Below, piece by piece: positions 47,950 through 58,643 of a DNA stretch of 64,000 nt (its first letter is position 1; each line of letters begins with the position of its first letter). Under the pieces are notes generated by a model that searched no databases, was not told the DNA's origin, and was given only the letters and a program-made list of their open reading frames with translations. The position numbers and the translations under genes were made by a program. The stretch is from a bacterium (lineage in GTDB: Bacteria > UBA8248): NCBI GenBank assembly GCA_965219955.1, contig OZ244799.1, forward strand, positions 384,001-448,000, in the 5' to 3' direction.

Positions 47950-48744
47950 ATGAACCTAGAAGACCTGCGCGCCATCGCGCGCGGCGGCAGAGTGTTCGAT
48001 CTGGGCGTCGAGCTCTTTCCCGGCATGCCCCACGTGCCGCTCCACGGCCCGTTCGGGTATTCCATGATCAGGGAGCACGGCGACTTCATGTACGCGGGCG
48101 GGGCGTGTTCGGCGGTGGATACGTTCTTCTGCACCGGCCACACGGGCACGCACATCGACGCCCTGGGCCACGTCGCGCGGGACATGAAGCTCCACGGCGG
48201 CCTGGACGTGGCCGAGCACCAGAGCAAGACCGGGGGCCTGAAAGCCCACGGTATCGAGAGCGTGGCGCCCGTGGTGCGGCGCGGGGTGATGATCGACATG
48301 GCGGCATACCTGAAAAAAGACGTGCTGGAGGCGGGCCGGCCCGTCACGAAAGAAGAACTGGGAGCCGCCGCCGCAGCCCAGGGCGTTAGAATCGAAGAAG
48401 GGGACGTCGTCCTCGTGCGCACCGGCCACATGCGCCACTGGCCGGGCCGGGACTACTATCACCAGAAAGGCGGCGTGCCCGGGATCGACCTCGAAGCCGC
48501 CAGGTGGCTCTCGGATCAAGGCATCTTCATGGCGGGGAGCGACAACTTCGCCGTCGAGGTGCTGCCCGCCCCCTCCCTGCCGGTGCACTGCCACATGCTG
48601 GTGGACAGCGGAATACACCTGCTCGAAGTCGCCGTGCTGGAGGAGTTGAGCAAGGCCCGCGCGCATGAGTTTCTCTTCGTCTGTCTGCCGCTCAAGGTGC
48701 GCGGCGGAACGGGTTCGCCCGTCCGGCCCGTGGCCATCCTGTAG
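47950..48744 (+). CDS. cyclase family metal-dependent hydrolase (kynurenine formamidase-like)
   Basis: HTGTHIDALGH, GDVVLVRTG, GGTGSPVRPVA. Confidence 0.9.
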   Translation: MNLEDLRAIARGGRVFDLGVELFPGMPHVPLHGPFGYSMIREHGDFMYAGGACSAVDTFFCTGHTGTHIDALGHVARDMKLHGGLDVAEHQSKTGGLKAHGIESVAPVVRRGVMIDMAAYLKKDVLEAGRPVTKEELGAAAAAQGVRIEEGDVVLVRTGHMRHWPGRDYYHQKGGVPGIDLEAARWLSDQGIFMAGSDNFAVEVLPAPSLPVHCHMLVDSGIHLLEVAVLEELSKARAHEFLFVCLPLKVRGGTGSPVRPVAIL

Positions 48745-48776
48745 ACGCATCTCCTTCCCGTACCGGTGAGATAGCC

Positions 48777-50024
48777 ATGCCCCGCGTGTTCGAGGACAGG
48801 GCCAAAGCGCTCCTTGGCGACGCGGGCGTTCGCGTCCCCGAGGGGCGTTCTGCGGCTACCCCGGAGGAAGCGGCGGAAGCGGCGCGCGGGGTCGGCGGCC
48901 CCGTGATGGTGAAGGCCCTGGTTCCCGCAGGAAAGCGCGGCAAAGCGGGGGCCATACTCGCTGCGGATACGCCTGAAGAGGCGCAAGAGGCGGCGCGGAA
49001 ACTCCTGGGCCGCGTCGTGCATCATTTCCCCGTGAAACGCCTGCTGGTGGAGGAGAGGGTCTCGATAGCGCAGGAGTGGTATCTCTCTATCGCCTTCGAC
49101 AGCGCATCGCGCGGGCCGCTCGTCATGTTCAGCACCGAGGGCGGCGTGGAGATCGAGGCGCTCCTGGAAGATAACCCGGACGCCTTGAAGCGGCTTGAAG
49201 TCGATATCCTGGACGGCCTGGGCGAGGAGCGGTGCGTCTCGTTCCTGCGCGCGATGGGCGTGCACGGGGAGGGTCTCTACCGCGCGGCGATGGCCATTGA
49301 GGCCTGCTACGCGCTTTTCCGAAAAAGCGATGCGCGGCTTCTGGAGGTGAATCCGCTCGTCCTGACCGATAAGGACGAAGTCATCGCCGCCGCGTGCGTT
49401 CTCGATCTGGACGCGGACGCCCTGTTCCGCCACCCCGAACTGGAAGCGTTGCTGGATGAGGACTCCGGCGGCGGCTGGCGTCCGCCCACTCCCGCCGAGG
49501 TGAGGGTCGCGGAGATAGACGCGAGAATCCCTCCCTGCAACACGGCGCGCTTCACCGAGATCGAGAGCGGGGAGATCGCCCTCATGTGGAGCGGGGGCGG
49601 GGGCGGCCTGTATCTGCTGGACACGATGGCGCGCCTGGGCGGCAGGCCCGCCACGGCGTTCGACATCACGCCGGGGCCGCTCGAGGAGAAGTATTTCGAG
49701 ATCACCAAAGAGATCCTCGCTATGCCGAACGTGAAGGGCGTGCTCGCGGGCAGCAACATCACGAGTTTCTCGCGCGTCCAGCTCAAAGTCCACGCCATCG
49801 CCCGCGCGGTGGAGGAGACGGGGGTCGATTTGGCGGAATTCCCCTTCATCGTGCGCTTCGCGGGCGCGGGCGGGGAGGAGGCGCGGGAGATAGCGGAGAG
49901 TTGTCCCGGTCTTCAGTATCTGGGCGATGAGGTGACGCTCGAAGAGGCCGCCGAGCGCATCGTCGCCCAGGTGGAAGCCGTCAAGCGCGGGGAGCCGTGG
50001 ACGGGCGCGGGAGGCGCCCCATGA
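48777..50024 (+). CDS. ADP-forming acyl-CoA ligase beta subunit (SucC/citryl-CoA synthetase-like, divergent)
   Basis: VKA..GKRGKAG, STEGGVEIE, LEVNPL, SGGGGG. Confidence 0.8.
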   Translation: MPRVFEDRAKALLGDAGVRVPEGRSAATPEEAAEAARGVGGPVMVKALVPAGKRGKAGAILAADTPEEAQEAARKLLGRVVHHFPVKRLLVEERVSIAQEWYLSIAFDSASRGPLVMFSTEGGVEIEALLEDNPDALKRLEVDILDGLGEERCVSFLRAMGVHGEGLYRAAMAIEACYALFRKSDARLLEVNPLVLTDKDEVIAAACVLDLDADALFRHPELEALLDEDSGGGWRPPTPAEVRVAEIDARIPPCNTARFTEIESGEIALMWSGGGGGLYLLDTMARLGGRPATAFDITPGPLEEKYFEITKEILAMPNVKGVLAGSNITSFSRVQLKVHAIARAVEETGVDLAEFPFIVRFAGAGGEEAREIAESCPGLQYLGDEVTLEEAAERIVAQVEAVKRGEPWTGAGGAP

Positions 50025-50938
50025 GCATTCTCCTCGATGAGACCACGCGCGTCGTCGTGGCGGGTATCACCGGCTGGCAGGCGCGCGCCCACACCGGCTT
50101 CATGCGGGCGTACGGCACGAATGTGGTGGCGGGCGTCGTGCCCGGACGCGCGGGCGAGGATTGCGACGGCGTTTCCGTCTACGACTCGTTCGCCACAGCA
50201 CTGGAAGCGCATCCGGCGGACGCCGCCGTCCTGTTCGTGCCGGCCGCCGCCGCTGCGGAATCGGCCATCGAGGCGGCGGGGGCGGGCGTCGGCATGATCC
50301 TCGTATGCGCCGAGGGCGTCCCCCAGCACGACGTGGCGCGGATGATCGCCCATGCGCAGCGCGCGGGGGTGCGCCTCGTGGGCCCCAACAGCCAGGGGAT
50401 CATCAGCCCCGGGCGCGCCAAGATGGGCGGCACGGGCGGCGATCTGCCCGTCACGAACCTCCTGTTCCGGCGCGGGCCGGTGGGTGTGCTGAGCAGGAGC
50501 GGGGGGATGGGCAGCGAGACCTGCTGGCTCCTGAGCCGCGAGGGGGTCGGCCAGAGCACCTACGTGAGCGTGGGGGGAGACGCGATGGTGGGCGCGCCGT
50601 TTTCGGAACTCATGCCCCTGTTCCAGAACGACCCCGATACGGAGTGCGTCGTCCTGTTCGGCGAACCCGGCTCATGCGCGGAAGAAGACGCGGCGCGCCT
50701 GATGAATGATGGCGGCTTCACCAAGCCGGTGGTCGCCTTCATCGCGGGGATGGTGAACGAGTCCGCCCCGAGCGGGGTGAGCTTCGGCCACGCGGCGGCG
50801 ATCATCGAGCGCGGCGAGGGTTCGCCCGCGAGGAAAAAGGCGCTGCTGAAAGAAGCGGGGGCCGCCGTGGTCGAGGACATGCGCGAGATTCCCGCCGCCG
50901 TGCGCGATGCGCTGGGGGCTGGATTTTCTCGCCCTTAG
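50021..50938 (+). CDS. ADP-forming acyl-CoA ligase alpha subunit (SucD-like)
   Basis: GITG, LVGPNSQG, SRSGG, VGGD, phospho-His motif FGHAAA. Confidence 0.85.
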   Translation: MSILLDETTRVVVAGITGWQARAHTGFMRAYGTNVVAGVVPGRAGEDCDGVSVYDSFATALEAHPADAAVLFVPAAAAAESAIEAAGAGVGMILVCAEGVPQHDVARMIAHAQRAGVRLVGPNSQGIISPGRAKMGGTGGDLPVTNLLFRRGPVGVLSRSGGMGSETCWLLSREGVGQSTYVSVGGDAMVGAPFSELMPLFQNDPDTECVVLFGEPGSCAEEDAARLMNDGGFTKPVVAFIAGMVNESAPSGVSFGHAAAIIERGEGSPARKKALLKEAGAAVVEDMREIPAAVRDALGAGFSRP

Positions 50939-51038
50939 CTGATAATTCTAACCGGTATTCCCTGAAAAATCCGAAACTGGTGGTTTCGTATTTCGTCGTC
51001 CCCAAAAAATATTGTGTAAAGACAAGGAGAAATTGCAA

Positions 51039-52718
51039 ATGCCGAAAATGACAGGCGCCCAGGTCATGGCCGAGATGCTCAAGGGCTATGGCGTTACGCA
51101 CACTTTTCTGGTTCCCGCCGTACTGAGGCGCTCGATGGCCGAGATGGAAGAGCGCACGAACATCGCCCGCATCCAGACGCACGGCGAGAAATCAGCCGCC
51201 TATATGGCGGACGGCTACGCCCGCGCGGGCAAGAAGCCGGGCGTCTGCATGGCGCAGGTTATCGGCGCGCTGAACCTCGCGGCAGGTCTCAGAGACGCCT
51301 ATCTGGCGAAAGCCCCTGTGCTGGCCTTCACGGGCGGGCGCGTGCCCGAGACGAAGTTTAGAAAGGTCTACCAGGAGGTGGACGACGTTCCCGCCTTCGA
51401 GCCGGTGACCAAGTTCAACGCCACGGTGGACGACGCCTCGCGCTTCCCGGACATGCTCCGCCAGGCCTTTCGCACCGCCATGTCAGGATGCCCGGGGCCG
51501 GTGCATCTCCAGTTCGCGGGCAACGAGGGCCAGCTCGACATCGAAGAGGCCGAGATGGAGGTGATCATCGAGGAAGACTTCAAGGAGCTTCCCCCTTACC
51601 GGCCTGAACCGGAAATGGCGCGCGTGAAAAAAGCGGTCGAGCTGCTGGAGAAGGCCGAGCGCCCCGTCATCGTATCGGGCGGCGGCGTGCGCTCGTCGGG
51701 CGCTTCAAAGGAACTCATCGCCCTGGCCGAGAAGCTGAACATCCCGGTGGCGACTTCCCTGAACGGCAAGGACAACATCCCCGGCAACCACCCGCTCTCG
51801 GTCGGCGTGGTGGGCACCTATTCCAGAAAGAGCGCGAACCAGGTCGTGAACGCGGCCGATCTAGTGTTCTTCGCCGGCACCGAGACGGGCGGCATGACGA
51901 CCCACTTCTGGGCCGTACCGCCCATCGGCACGCCCGCGGTACAGCTCGACATCGAGCCGGAGGCGCTTGCGCGGAACTACCCGCTTCAAGCCGCCGTCCT
52001 GGGCGACGCCAGGGTGAGCCTCCAGAAGATGCTCGATGCGGCGAGCGGAGATTCCGCCGCCTCGCGCGCGGGCTGGGTGGAGCGGGCGCAAGCGTTCGTG
52101 CAGGGCTGGCGCGATGAGTTCACCGGGTATCTCGAATCGGACGCCGCGCCCATGCGCCCCGAGCGCATCTGCCAGGAGTTGACGGATTCGCTGCCTTCGG
52201 ACTGCGTCGTGCTGGCCGATACGGGCCACTCGGGCATGTGGATGGGCGGCATGTATGACCTCTCGCATCCGGACCAGAGCTACATGCGGAGCGCGGGCCA
52301 CCTGGGCTGGGCCTTCTCGGCGGGCCTGGGGGCGAAGTGCGCCGTGCCGGACAGGCCGGTGCTCACCTTCAACGGCGATTCGGGCTTCTGGTATCACCTC
52401 TCCGAGATCGAGACCGCCGTGCGCTGGAAGATAAACGCCGTGACGCTGGTGAACAACAACGCCTCTGGGAACCAGTCCAAGCGCGGCTTCGATCGCGCCT
52501 ACGGCGGCGAGCAGACCAGGCAGGCGTATGAGCTCTGGACGCTGAACGAGGTGAATTTCGCCGAGATCGCCGAATCCATGGGCGCGCTGGGCATCCGGGT
52601 GGAAAAGCCGGGCGAGCTCAAGAGCGCGCTCGACCGGGCGTTCAGCGCGAACCGGCCCGTCGTCATCGACTGCGTGAGCGACATCGAGGCCATGGCGCCC
52701 TTGGCCGTTACGGAGTAG
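51039..52718 (+). CDS. thiamine-diphosphate-dependent enzyme (acetolactate synthase-like family)
   Basis: HGEKSAAYMADGYAR, PGPVHL, GDSGF..VNNN. Confidence 0.9.
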   Translation: MPKMTGAQVMAEMLKGYGVTHTFLVPAVLRRSMAEMEERTNIARIQTHGEKSAAYMADGYARAGKKPGVCMAQVIGALNLAAGLRDAYLAKAPVLAFTGGRVPETKFRKVYQEVDDVPAFEPVTKFNATVDDASRFPDMLRQAFRTAMSGCPGPVHLQFAGNEGQLDIEEAEMEVIIEEDFKELPPYRPEPEMARVKKAVELLEKAERPVIVSGGGVRSSGASKELIALAEKLNIPVATSLNGKDNIPGNHPLSVGVVGTYSRKSANQVVNAADLVFFAGTETGGMTTHFWAVPPIGTPAVQLDIEPEALARNYPLQAAVLGDARVSLQKMLDAASGDSAASRAGWVERAQAFVQGWRDEFTGYLESDAAPMRPERICQELTDSLPSDCVVLADTGHSGMWMGGMYDLSHPDQSYMRSAGHLGWAFSAGLGAKCAVPDRPVLTFNGDSGFWYHLSEIETAVRWKINAVTLVNNNASGNQSKRGFDRAYGGEQTRQAYELWTLNEVNFAEIAESMGALGIRVEKPGELKSALDRAFSANRPVVIDCVSDIEAMAPLAVTE

Positions 52719-52733
52719 GGAGGCGTTTTGTAG

Positions 52734-52964
52734 GGGGTTGTTGGAATGGTCACGGGAAGCGATTTTGAGGTTCACCCCCCGCTAGAGGGGGCTGTTGAAA
52801 AAGTCCCCTCAAGCGGTGGGGGTACGATGGTTTTGTAGGGACAACCCTCCGTGGTTGTCCTTCATCAGGACAGGCACGGAGGCCTGTCCCTACGGTAAAC
52901 AATTCGATGATCGGGATTCCCTCCCTTCCTCGGGAGGACTTCTTCAACAACCCCCTCAAGGGGG
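52734..52964. repeat. TIR-bounded GTAG-REP doublet between type C half-sites
   Basis: TIR-like at 52734, 52788 and 52945-52954. Confidence 0.8.
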
Positions 52965-52979
52965 CATCTCAAGGAGTCG

Positions 52980-53852
52980 TCAGACCATCCGGGACGCGCT
53001 CGGCTCGTTCGCAGCGGCCAGCTTCCTTTCCAGAAACGCGCGCGTGACGCGGATAAATTCGTCGGGTTCGTCCATGAAGACGTGGTGGTGCGCGCCGGGG
53101 ATGACGGCGGTCTCGACGTGGGGAACCTTCTCGCGCACCCATTCGAGGGAATCCGATTTCAGGCGATCCGAGAGTTCCCCCGCCACGAGCAGGGCGGGGG
53201 TCTCGACGCGCTGCCAGCCGGCGCGCTGATCCGTCTCGGGGCGCGCCGCGTGGAATCGCCTGTCCGCCTTGACCGTCCAGGTGCCGTCGCCGTTCGGCCT
53301 TACGGCATGGCGCGCGATGTGGGCGATGGTCTCGGGGTTCACCTTGTCCGATGCGGGCAGGAGCCTGAATTTCTCGACGAACAGCTCCCGCGACGCCCAG
53401 GGTCTGGCGGGGCGGTTCCCGAACGCGCGCACCTCGGCGAGGATCGCGTCCGTCGTCCGGAGCGGGGAGTCCACGACGATCAAGCCCTCGATATCGGGCG
53501 GCTCGAGCGCGAAGAGGTTCAGCGCGATGACGCCGCCCATCGAGTGGGCCAGCATCCAGGGTTTCCTGCCGCTCGCCTCTTTGGCCCATTCCACCCAGGC
53601 GGCCACGTCGCGCAGCAGGTCCTCGAAGATGTATTCGTCCTGCCACCCGGTGTCCCCGTGGCCCCGGTGGTCCGGCGCCACGGGCCGGAGCATGTCCCTG
53701 TAACGGGGGGCGATGTGGTCCCACCAGCGCGCGTGGGCCGCGGCGCCGTGCAGCATGAGGATGACGGGCCTGTCCTCGCCCTCGCTCCCGTGGTCCAGGG
53801 CGTGCAGCCGCACGCCGTCTCTTTCGATGAAAACGCTATTCGGTTCCGACAT
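52980..53852 (-). CDS. alpha/beta hydrolase
   Basis: LHGAAAHARWW, DHRGHG, AHSMGG, AHHHVFMDEP. Confidence 0.88.
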   Translation of the reverse strand: MSEPNSVFIERDGVRLHALDHGSEGEDRPVILMLHGAAAHARWWDHIAPRYRDMLRPVAPDHRGHGDTGWQDEYIFEDLLRDVAAWVEWAKEASGRKPWMLAHSMGGVIALNLFALEPPDIEGLIVVDSPLRTTDAILAEVRAFGNRPARPWASRELFVEKFRLLPASDKVNPETIAHIARHAVRPNGDGTWTVKADRRFHAARPETDQRAGWQRVETPALLVAGELSDRLKSDSLEWVREKVPHVETAVIPGAHHHVFMDEPDEFIRVTRAFLERKLAAANEPSASRMV

Positions 53853-53975
53853 TCGGTTTGACTCCAGGTTTCGTGACGCCGCTTCGGATTTCGGGGGAGA
53901 ATCCACCATCGGCGCGGGAATGGCAAGCCTGATTGCTCTTTTGGATGTGATTCAGGGGAGGAGGCGGCGCTTTGG

Positions 53976-54424
53976 AGGCTGCTGAGAAAGGCCGCGCCAC
54001 CTCATCCTGAGTAGCGGCGAAGCCGCGTATCGAAGGATGCCCTCTCGCTCAGCGCGAGGCGTTCAACCCCCCTTACTCTCCCTATACAGGGGATATTGAA
54101 AAAGCCCACAGAAGGAGCATGCAAAATTTCACTCCCCCCTTGAGGGTCTGGCTTCCCGAGGGGAAAGCCAGACGAGGAAGCCGAGCGGTTTTTGCGAAGG
54201 CTGACTCGGTGGGGGGTGAATCGTGTTTAATCGCCATTCCGAATTATACCCCCCACCGAATCGCTTGCGGGCTTGCGCCCTTAGCTCTTCGACTCCCCCT
54301 CAAGGGGGGAGTGAATTCTCTCACTTCGGCAGGAGGTGGCATTACCTCAAGGGGGAGTGAAGTCTCATTCCTCCCAGGTAAGTAAATAACCCGAATTAGG
54401 AAATCAAAACTTTTTCAACAACCG
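53976..54424. repeat. mosaic: type D + type C elements with degenerate TIR-like ends
   Basis: Type C at 54126-54316; TTTTTCAACAACC at ~54410. Confidence 0.8.
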
Positions 54425-54461
54425 CCTTTATCGGGAATTTCGATTCGGCCCACTTGTCTTC

Positions 54462-55544
54462 TCAAGGCTCCAGGATGCGCACCTGCTCGCCTCGGAGGCC
54501 CACCACGACCTCATCGCCCACGGCGAAGGCGCGTCGGCCGGGGTGGTGGGTGTCGTCCACCAGCAGCGTGTCTTCCCCGATGGCGACGGAGTAGCGGAGC
54601 AGGTTGCCGAGGAACTCGCGGTGCTGCACCCGGCCGGTCAGGACGATTCCGGACACCGTCTCGCCGGATGCCGCGATGGCGACGTCCTGGGGCCGGAACA
54701 CGGCGGTCCGCTCCCCGCGCGCCGGGTGGGAATCTCCCGCCAGTGGCAGGACGATGCCGTTCGCCGCGGCGAAGCGCGCGCCGTCATCCCCCGCCTCGAC
54801 GCGCCCTTCCATGAGGTTTGCCGTGCCCAGGAAGTGGGCGACGAAGCGGTTCACAGGCTCGTCGTAGAGTTCCATGGGCATTCCCACCTGCTGGAGGACG
54901 CCTTCGTCGAGCACGGCGATGCGGTCCGAGATGGTGTTGGCTTCCTCCTGGTCGTGGGTGACGAAGATGGTCGTGAGCGCGAGTTCGCGCTGCAAATCCA
55001 GGATCTCGCGGCGCATCTGCACGCGCAGGTTGGCGTCCAGGTTCGAGAGCGGCTCGTCGAGCAGGAGCACGCGGGGCTCGACGACGATGGTGCGGGCCAG
55101 GGCGACGCGCTGCTGCTGACCGCCGGACAGCTGAGACGGCCGCCTTTCGCTAAGCTCCAGAAGCCCGACCATGTCCAGCGCAGCGTCGACGCGCTTCGGT
55201 ATCTCGGCGGAGGGCGTCTTGCGCTCCTCGAGACCGAAGGCGACGTTTCTGCGCACCGTCATGTGCGGCCAGAGGGCGTAGGACTGGAACACCATGCCGA
55301 CGTTGCGCCGCCAGGGCGGCAGCCTCGTCACGTCGTCCTCGCCGATGAGGATGCGCCCGCGGGGCGTCGGCCCGAAGCCCGCGACGGCGCGCAGCAGGGT
55401 CGATTTGCCCGAGCCCGAAGGCCCCAGGAAGGTGAACAGCTCGCCCGGTTCGATGCGCAGGTTCACGTCTTTCAGCACGTCGGTCGTATCGTAGGCGAGG
55501 CTCAACTGCTCGATGACGACGCTTGCGGCGTTTTGCGATGCCAT
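54462..55544 (-). CDS. ABC transporter ATP-binding protein (FbpC/PotA-like)
   Basis: GPSGSGKS, LSGGQQQR, LLLDEPLSNLD. Confidence 0.95.
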   Translation of the reverse strand: MASQNAASVVIEQLSLAYDTTDVLKDVNLRIEPGELFTFLGPSGSGKSTLLRAVAGFGPTPRGRILIGEDDVTRLPPWRRNVGMVFQSYALWPHMTVRRNVAFGLEERKTPSAEIPKRVDAALDMVGLLELSERRPSQLSGGQQQRVALARTIVVEPRVLLLDEPLSNLDANLRVQMRREILDLQRELALTTIFVTHDQEEANTISDRIAVLDEGVLQQVGMPMELYDEPVNRFVAHFLGTANLMEGRVEAGDDGARFAAANGIVLPLAGDSHPARGERTAVFRPQDVAIAASGETVSGIVLTGRVQHREFLGNLLRYSVAIGEDTLLVDDTHHPGRRAFAVGDEVVVGLRGEQVRILEP

Positions 55545-55547
55545 GGG

Positions 55548-57263
55548 TCATACTCCCGCTACGATGGCCATGTCCGGCGTCTGCTGCGTTTCCTTGCGCT
55601 GGATGATGCGGTGCGAAACGTAGGTCGCGATTCCGACGATGAGCACGGCGATGATGCCGAGCGCGGCACCCGGGCCGCGGCCCGCCGCCGACTGCATGAA
55701 CTCGTAAATGCCGAAGGCGAGCGGGGCGTCCGATTCCTGCGAGACGAGCATGATGGTCGTCGAAAGCTCGACCGCCGCGGTGGCGAAGCTGGTGACGAAG
55801 CCGGCCACGATGCCGCCCGACATGAGCGGCACGACGACCCGGTAGATGGTGCGGCCCTTGGTCGCCCCCAAATTCTCGGCGGCCTCTTCGAGCATCACGC
55901 TCAACTGCTGCAGCGCCGCGACGCAGGCGCGCAGCGCGTAGGGCAGGCGCCGGACGGCGAGGGCGACGACGATGATGACCCACCAGGACGCCAGCGGCTT
56001 GTCGATGATCGGCACGTTGAACGCGTAGAAGGTGCGCAGGTAGCCGATGCCGAGCACCACGCCGGGGATCGCCACCGCTCCCATCGCGGCGTAATCGAGC
56101 CATTTCCGTCCGACCAGGTTCGTGCGCAGGACGATGTAGGCGATGGCGGTGCCGAAAATCACGTCGATGCCCGCGGCGAGTCCGGCGTAGAGCAGCGTGT
56201 TCGTGATGAACTCCGATGATTCGGAGACCACGCGCATGTAGTGCGAGAACGTGTAGGCGTCGGGCATCACGCTGAACGACCAGACCGTGCCGAGGGAGAG
56301 GATGGCGAGGCCGAAGTGCGGCGAGAGCACGAGCAGCAGGATGAAGATGACGACGCCGTAGCAGCCGGCCTTCTCCCAGGGTCTCAGGTCGCGCTTCATC
56401 AGCCCCCCGCCGCCTTTCTGCACGGTGGCGTAGTCCTTGCCCCGAAGCGCCAGGAAGGAGATCCAGAGCGCGAGCAGGGAGAAAATGACGAGGATGACCG
56501 AGATCACGTAGCCCATCGGGTCCGAGATGCCGATGGAGGCGATGCGCAGGTAGGCCTGGGGCGCGAGCATGTTGTTGATGTTGAGCAGCAGCGGTGTGCC
56601 GATGTCGTCGAACACCTTCAGGAACACCAGCGATGCGCCCGCGACGTAGCCCGGCATCGCCAGCGGGAACACGATGCGCCGGAACAGGCGCACCCCGCTG
56701 GCGCCCAGGTTCTGGGCGGATTCCTCCATCGACCGGTCGATGCTGTTGAGCGAGGCCGAGAGGTTCATGAGGATGAACGGGAAATAGTGGATGCTCTCCA
56801 CCAGGATGACGCCGTTCAGCCCTTCCATGAAGGGAATCGTGAAGCCGAACCACTCATCGAGCAGCAGGTTCACCGAGCCGTTCTCGCCGAGCAGCAGGAG
56901 CATCGCCACAGCGCCGACGAAGGGCGGCATGATGAGCGGGAGCACGCCCAGCGTCTGGATGAGGATGGCCCCGCCGAAATGGAAGCGCGTCGTGAAATAG
57001 GAGAGCGGGAGCGCAAAAACCGACGCCAGCACCACCGCCATCAGGGCGACGTAGATCGAATTGACGGCGGATTCCTGGAACAGGCTGTTGCGGAAGAAGT
57101 CGACGAAGTTGATGAGCGTGAGCGCGCCCGTGTTCGGGTCCTGGAAGGCGACGTAGATCACGTTCACGACGGGCACGACCAGGAAGGCGAGCAGGAACAG
57201 GCCGACGATGAGGCCCACCGCCGCCGGCCCCCACTGGCCGCGCGCCATCGCTTCCAGAGACAT
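55548..57263 (-). CDS. ABC transporter permease (FbpB-like, duplicated domain)
   Basis: Two EAA loops (EESAQNLGA, EEAAENLGA). Confidence 0.92.
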   Translation of the reverse strand: MSLEAMARGQWGPAAVGLIVGLFLLAFLVVPVVNVIYVAFQDPNTGALTLINFVDFFRNSLFQESAVNSIYVALMAVVLASVFALPLSYFTTRFHFGGAILIQTLGVLPLIMPPFVGAVAMLLLLGENGSVNLLLDEWFGFTIPFMEGLNGVILVESIHYFPFILMNLSASLNSIDRSMEESAQNLGASGVRLFRRIVFPLAMPGYVAGASLVFLKVFDDIGTPLLLNINNMLAPQAYLRIASIGISDPMGYVISVILVIFSLLALWISFLALRGKDYATVQKGGGGLMKRDLRPWEKAGCYGVVIFILLLVLSPHFGLAILSLGTVWSFSVMPDAYTFSHYMRVVSESSEFITNTLLYAGLAAGIDVIFGTAIAYIVLRTNLVGRKWLDYAAMGAVAIPGVVLGIGYLRTFYAFNVPIIDKPLASWWVIIVVALAVRRLPYALRACVAALQQLSVMLEEAAENLGATKGRTIYRVVVPLMSGGIVAGFVTSFATAAVELSTTIMLVSQESDAPLAFGIYEFMQSAAGRGPGAALGIIAVLIVGIATYVSHRIIQRKETQQTPDMAIVAGV

Positions 57264-57293
57264 TCTTTCCCCTTCTCCGCGCAAGCGCGAGGG

Positions 57294-58643
57294 CTAGAGC
57301 ATGGACGCCGCCTTCACGGCCAGCGCCCTGGCCTTGGCGTAGTTGGCCTTGACCTGCGTGTCCCATTCACGTTCGATCTCCGCCTGGCGGCCCGTCACCT
57401 TCGTGGTCGCCTTCTTGCGCTTTTTCTTGAAGATCGCGTTGAATTCCTTCTTGCTCGCCTGGGCCGCGGTGATCGGCACCTTGGCGACGAGCGCCTTGGC
57501 CTCGTCGATCAGCTTCCTGGCCGCCATGTTCTTCTTTCCGCCCATCTGCGCCTCGGCGGCCTGGATGGCTTTCGTCGCCGCGCGCAGATCGCTCAAGCGG
57601 TAGGTGACCATCACGTCGAACAGCGAGTTGATGACGTTGTAGCGGTTTTTGGAGAGCTGCAGGTCGAACTTGACCGCGGAGCCGATGGACTTGTCCTTGA
57701 ACGGGTTCGGGAAGTCCTTGGGCGCTTTGGCGTAGGTCGCCGGGTTCACGGGCAGGCGCCTGATTTTCTTGTCGAGCAGCACTTCCTGGCCCGCGGGGGA
57801 GAGCAGGAACTCGATGAACGCCGCCGCGGCCTTGGGATGCGGCGCGTTCTTGACGATGGCGATGTTCGCGGGCACCAGCGTCGTCACCGGCGGGTAGATG
57901 AATTTCACCGGGAAGCCCGAAGCCTCGGACGAAAGCCCAAAGAAGTCGATCACGATGCCGAGGCCGAACTGGCCGGAGTTCACGCCGTCCGGCACGCCGA
58001 AGCTGCGCTCGGTGACGGTCTTGAAGTTGCCGGCGATGGCCTTCCACTCGGCCCAGCCCTTCTCCCAGCCTTTGCCCTGCAGGAGGGTTTCGACGGTGAG
58101 GTGGGTGGTGCCCGAGCGAGAGGGCGCGCTCATGCCGACGTGGCCGTGGTAGACGGGTTTGGCCAGATCGGCCCAGGTCTTGGGCTCAGGCAGCTTCTTG
58201 GCCTTCAGGTAGCGGGTGTTCCACATGATTCCGTAGCCCGAGGCCGCGAACCCCTTGTAGTAGCCCTCGGGGTCGTTGATCGGGAAGGCGCCCACCTTCT
58301 TGGGGATGCCCGTTACCTTCACCTTGTATTTCTGCAGGAGGTTGTCGCCCTTGAGCACCTCGAAGGCGTCGGGTGCCGAGGCCCAGAACATGTCGGAGCG
58401 GTTGTTGGAAGCCGTCTCCTGGAGATACTTGATGCCGGCGGTGGTCTTTTTCTTGAGCATCTCGACCTTGACGCCGGGGTGTTTCTTCTCGAAGGCTTTC
58501 TTGACCGTGGTCGTCGTATCCGGCGGATAGGACGTCACGATGACGAGTTTCTTCTCGAGCGCGAGCGCGCCGAGAGGCGCCGCCAGAACGGCGAGCGCCA
58601 GGCCGAAGGCGATGGTCCAGAGAGTCGTTTTCCTGATTGTCAT
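57294..58643 (-). CDS. ABC transporter substrate-binding protein (PgtC/AfuA-like)
   Basis: Signal peptide; WASAPDAF, PSRSGTTH, FIEFLLSPAGQ. Confidence 0.88.
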   Translation of the reverse strand: MTIRKTTLWTIAFGLALAVLAAPLGALALEKKLVIVTSYPPDTTTTVKKAFEKKHPGVKVEMLKKKTTAGIKYLQETASNNRSDMFWASAPDAFEVLKGDNLLQKYKVKVTGIPKKVGAFPINDPEGYYKGFAASGYGIMWNTRYLKAKKLPEPKTWADLAKPVYHGHVGMSAPSRSGTTHLTVETLLQGKGWEKGWAEWKAIAGNFKTVTERSFGVPDGVNSGQFGLGIVIDFFGLSSEASGFPVKFIYPPVTTLVPANIAIVKNAPHPKAAAAFIEFLLSPAGQEVLLDKKIRRLPVNPATYAKAPKDFPNPFKDKSIGSAVKFDLQLSKNRYNVINSLFDVMVTYRLSDLRAATKAIQAAEAQMGGKKNMAARKLIDEAKALVAKVPITAAQASKKEFNAIFKKKRKKATTKVTGRQAEIEREWDTQVKANYAKARALAVKAASML

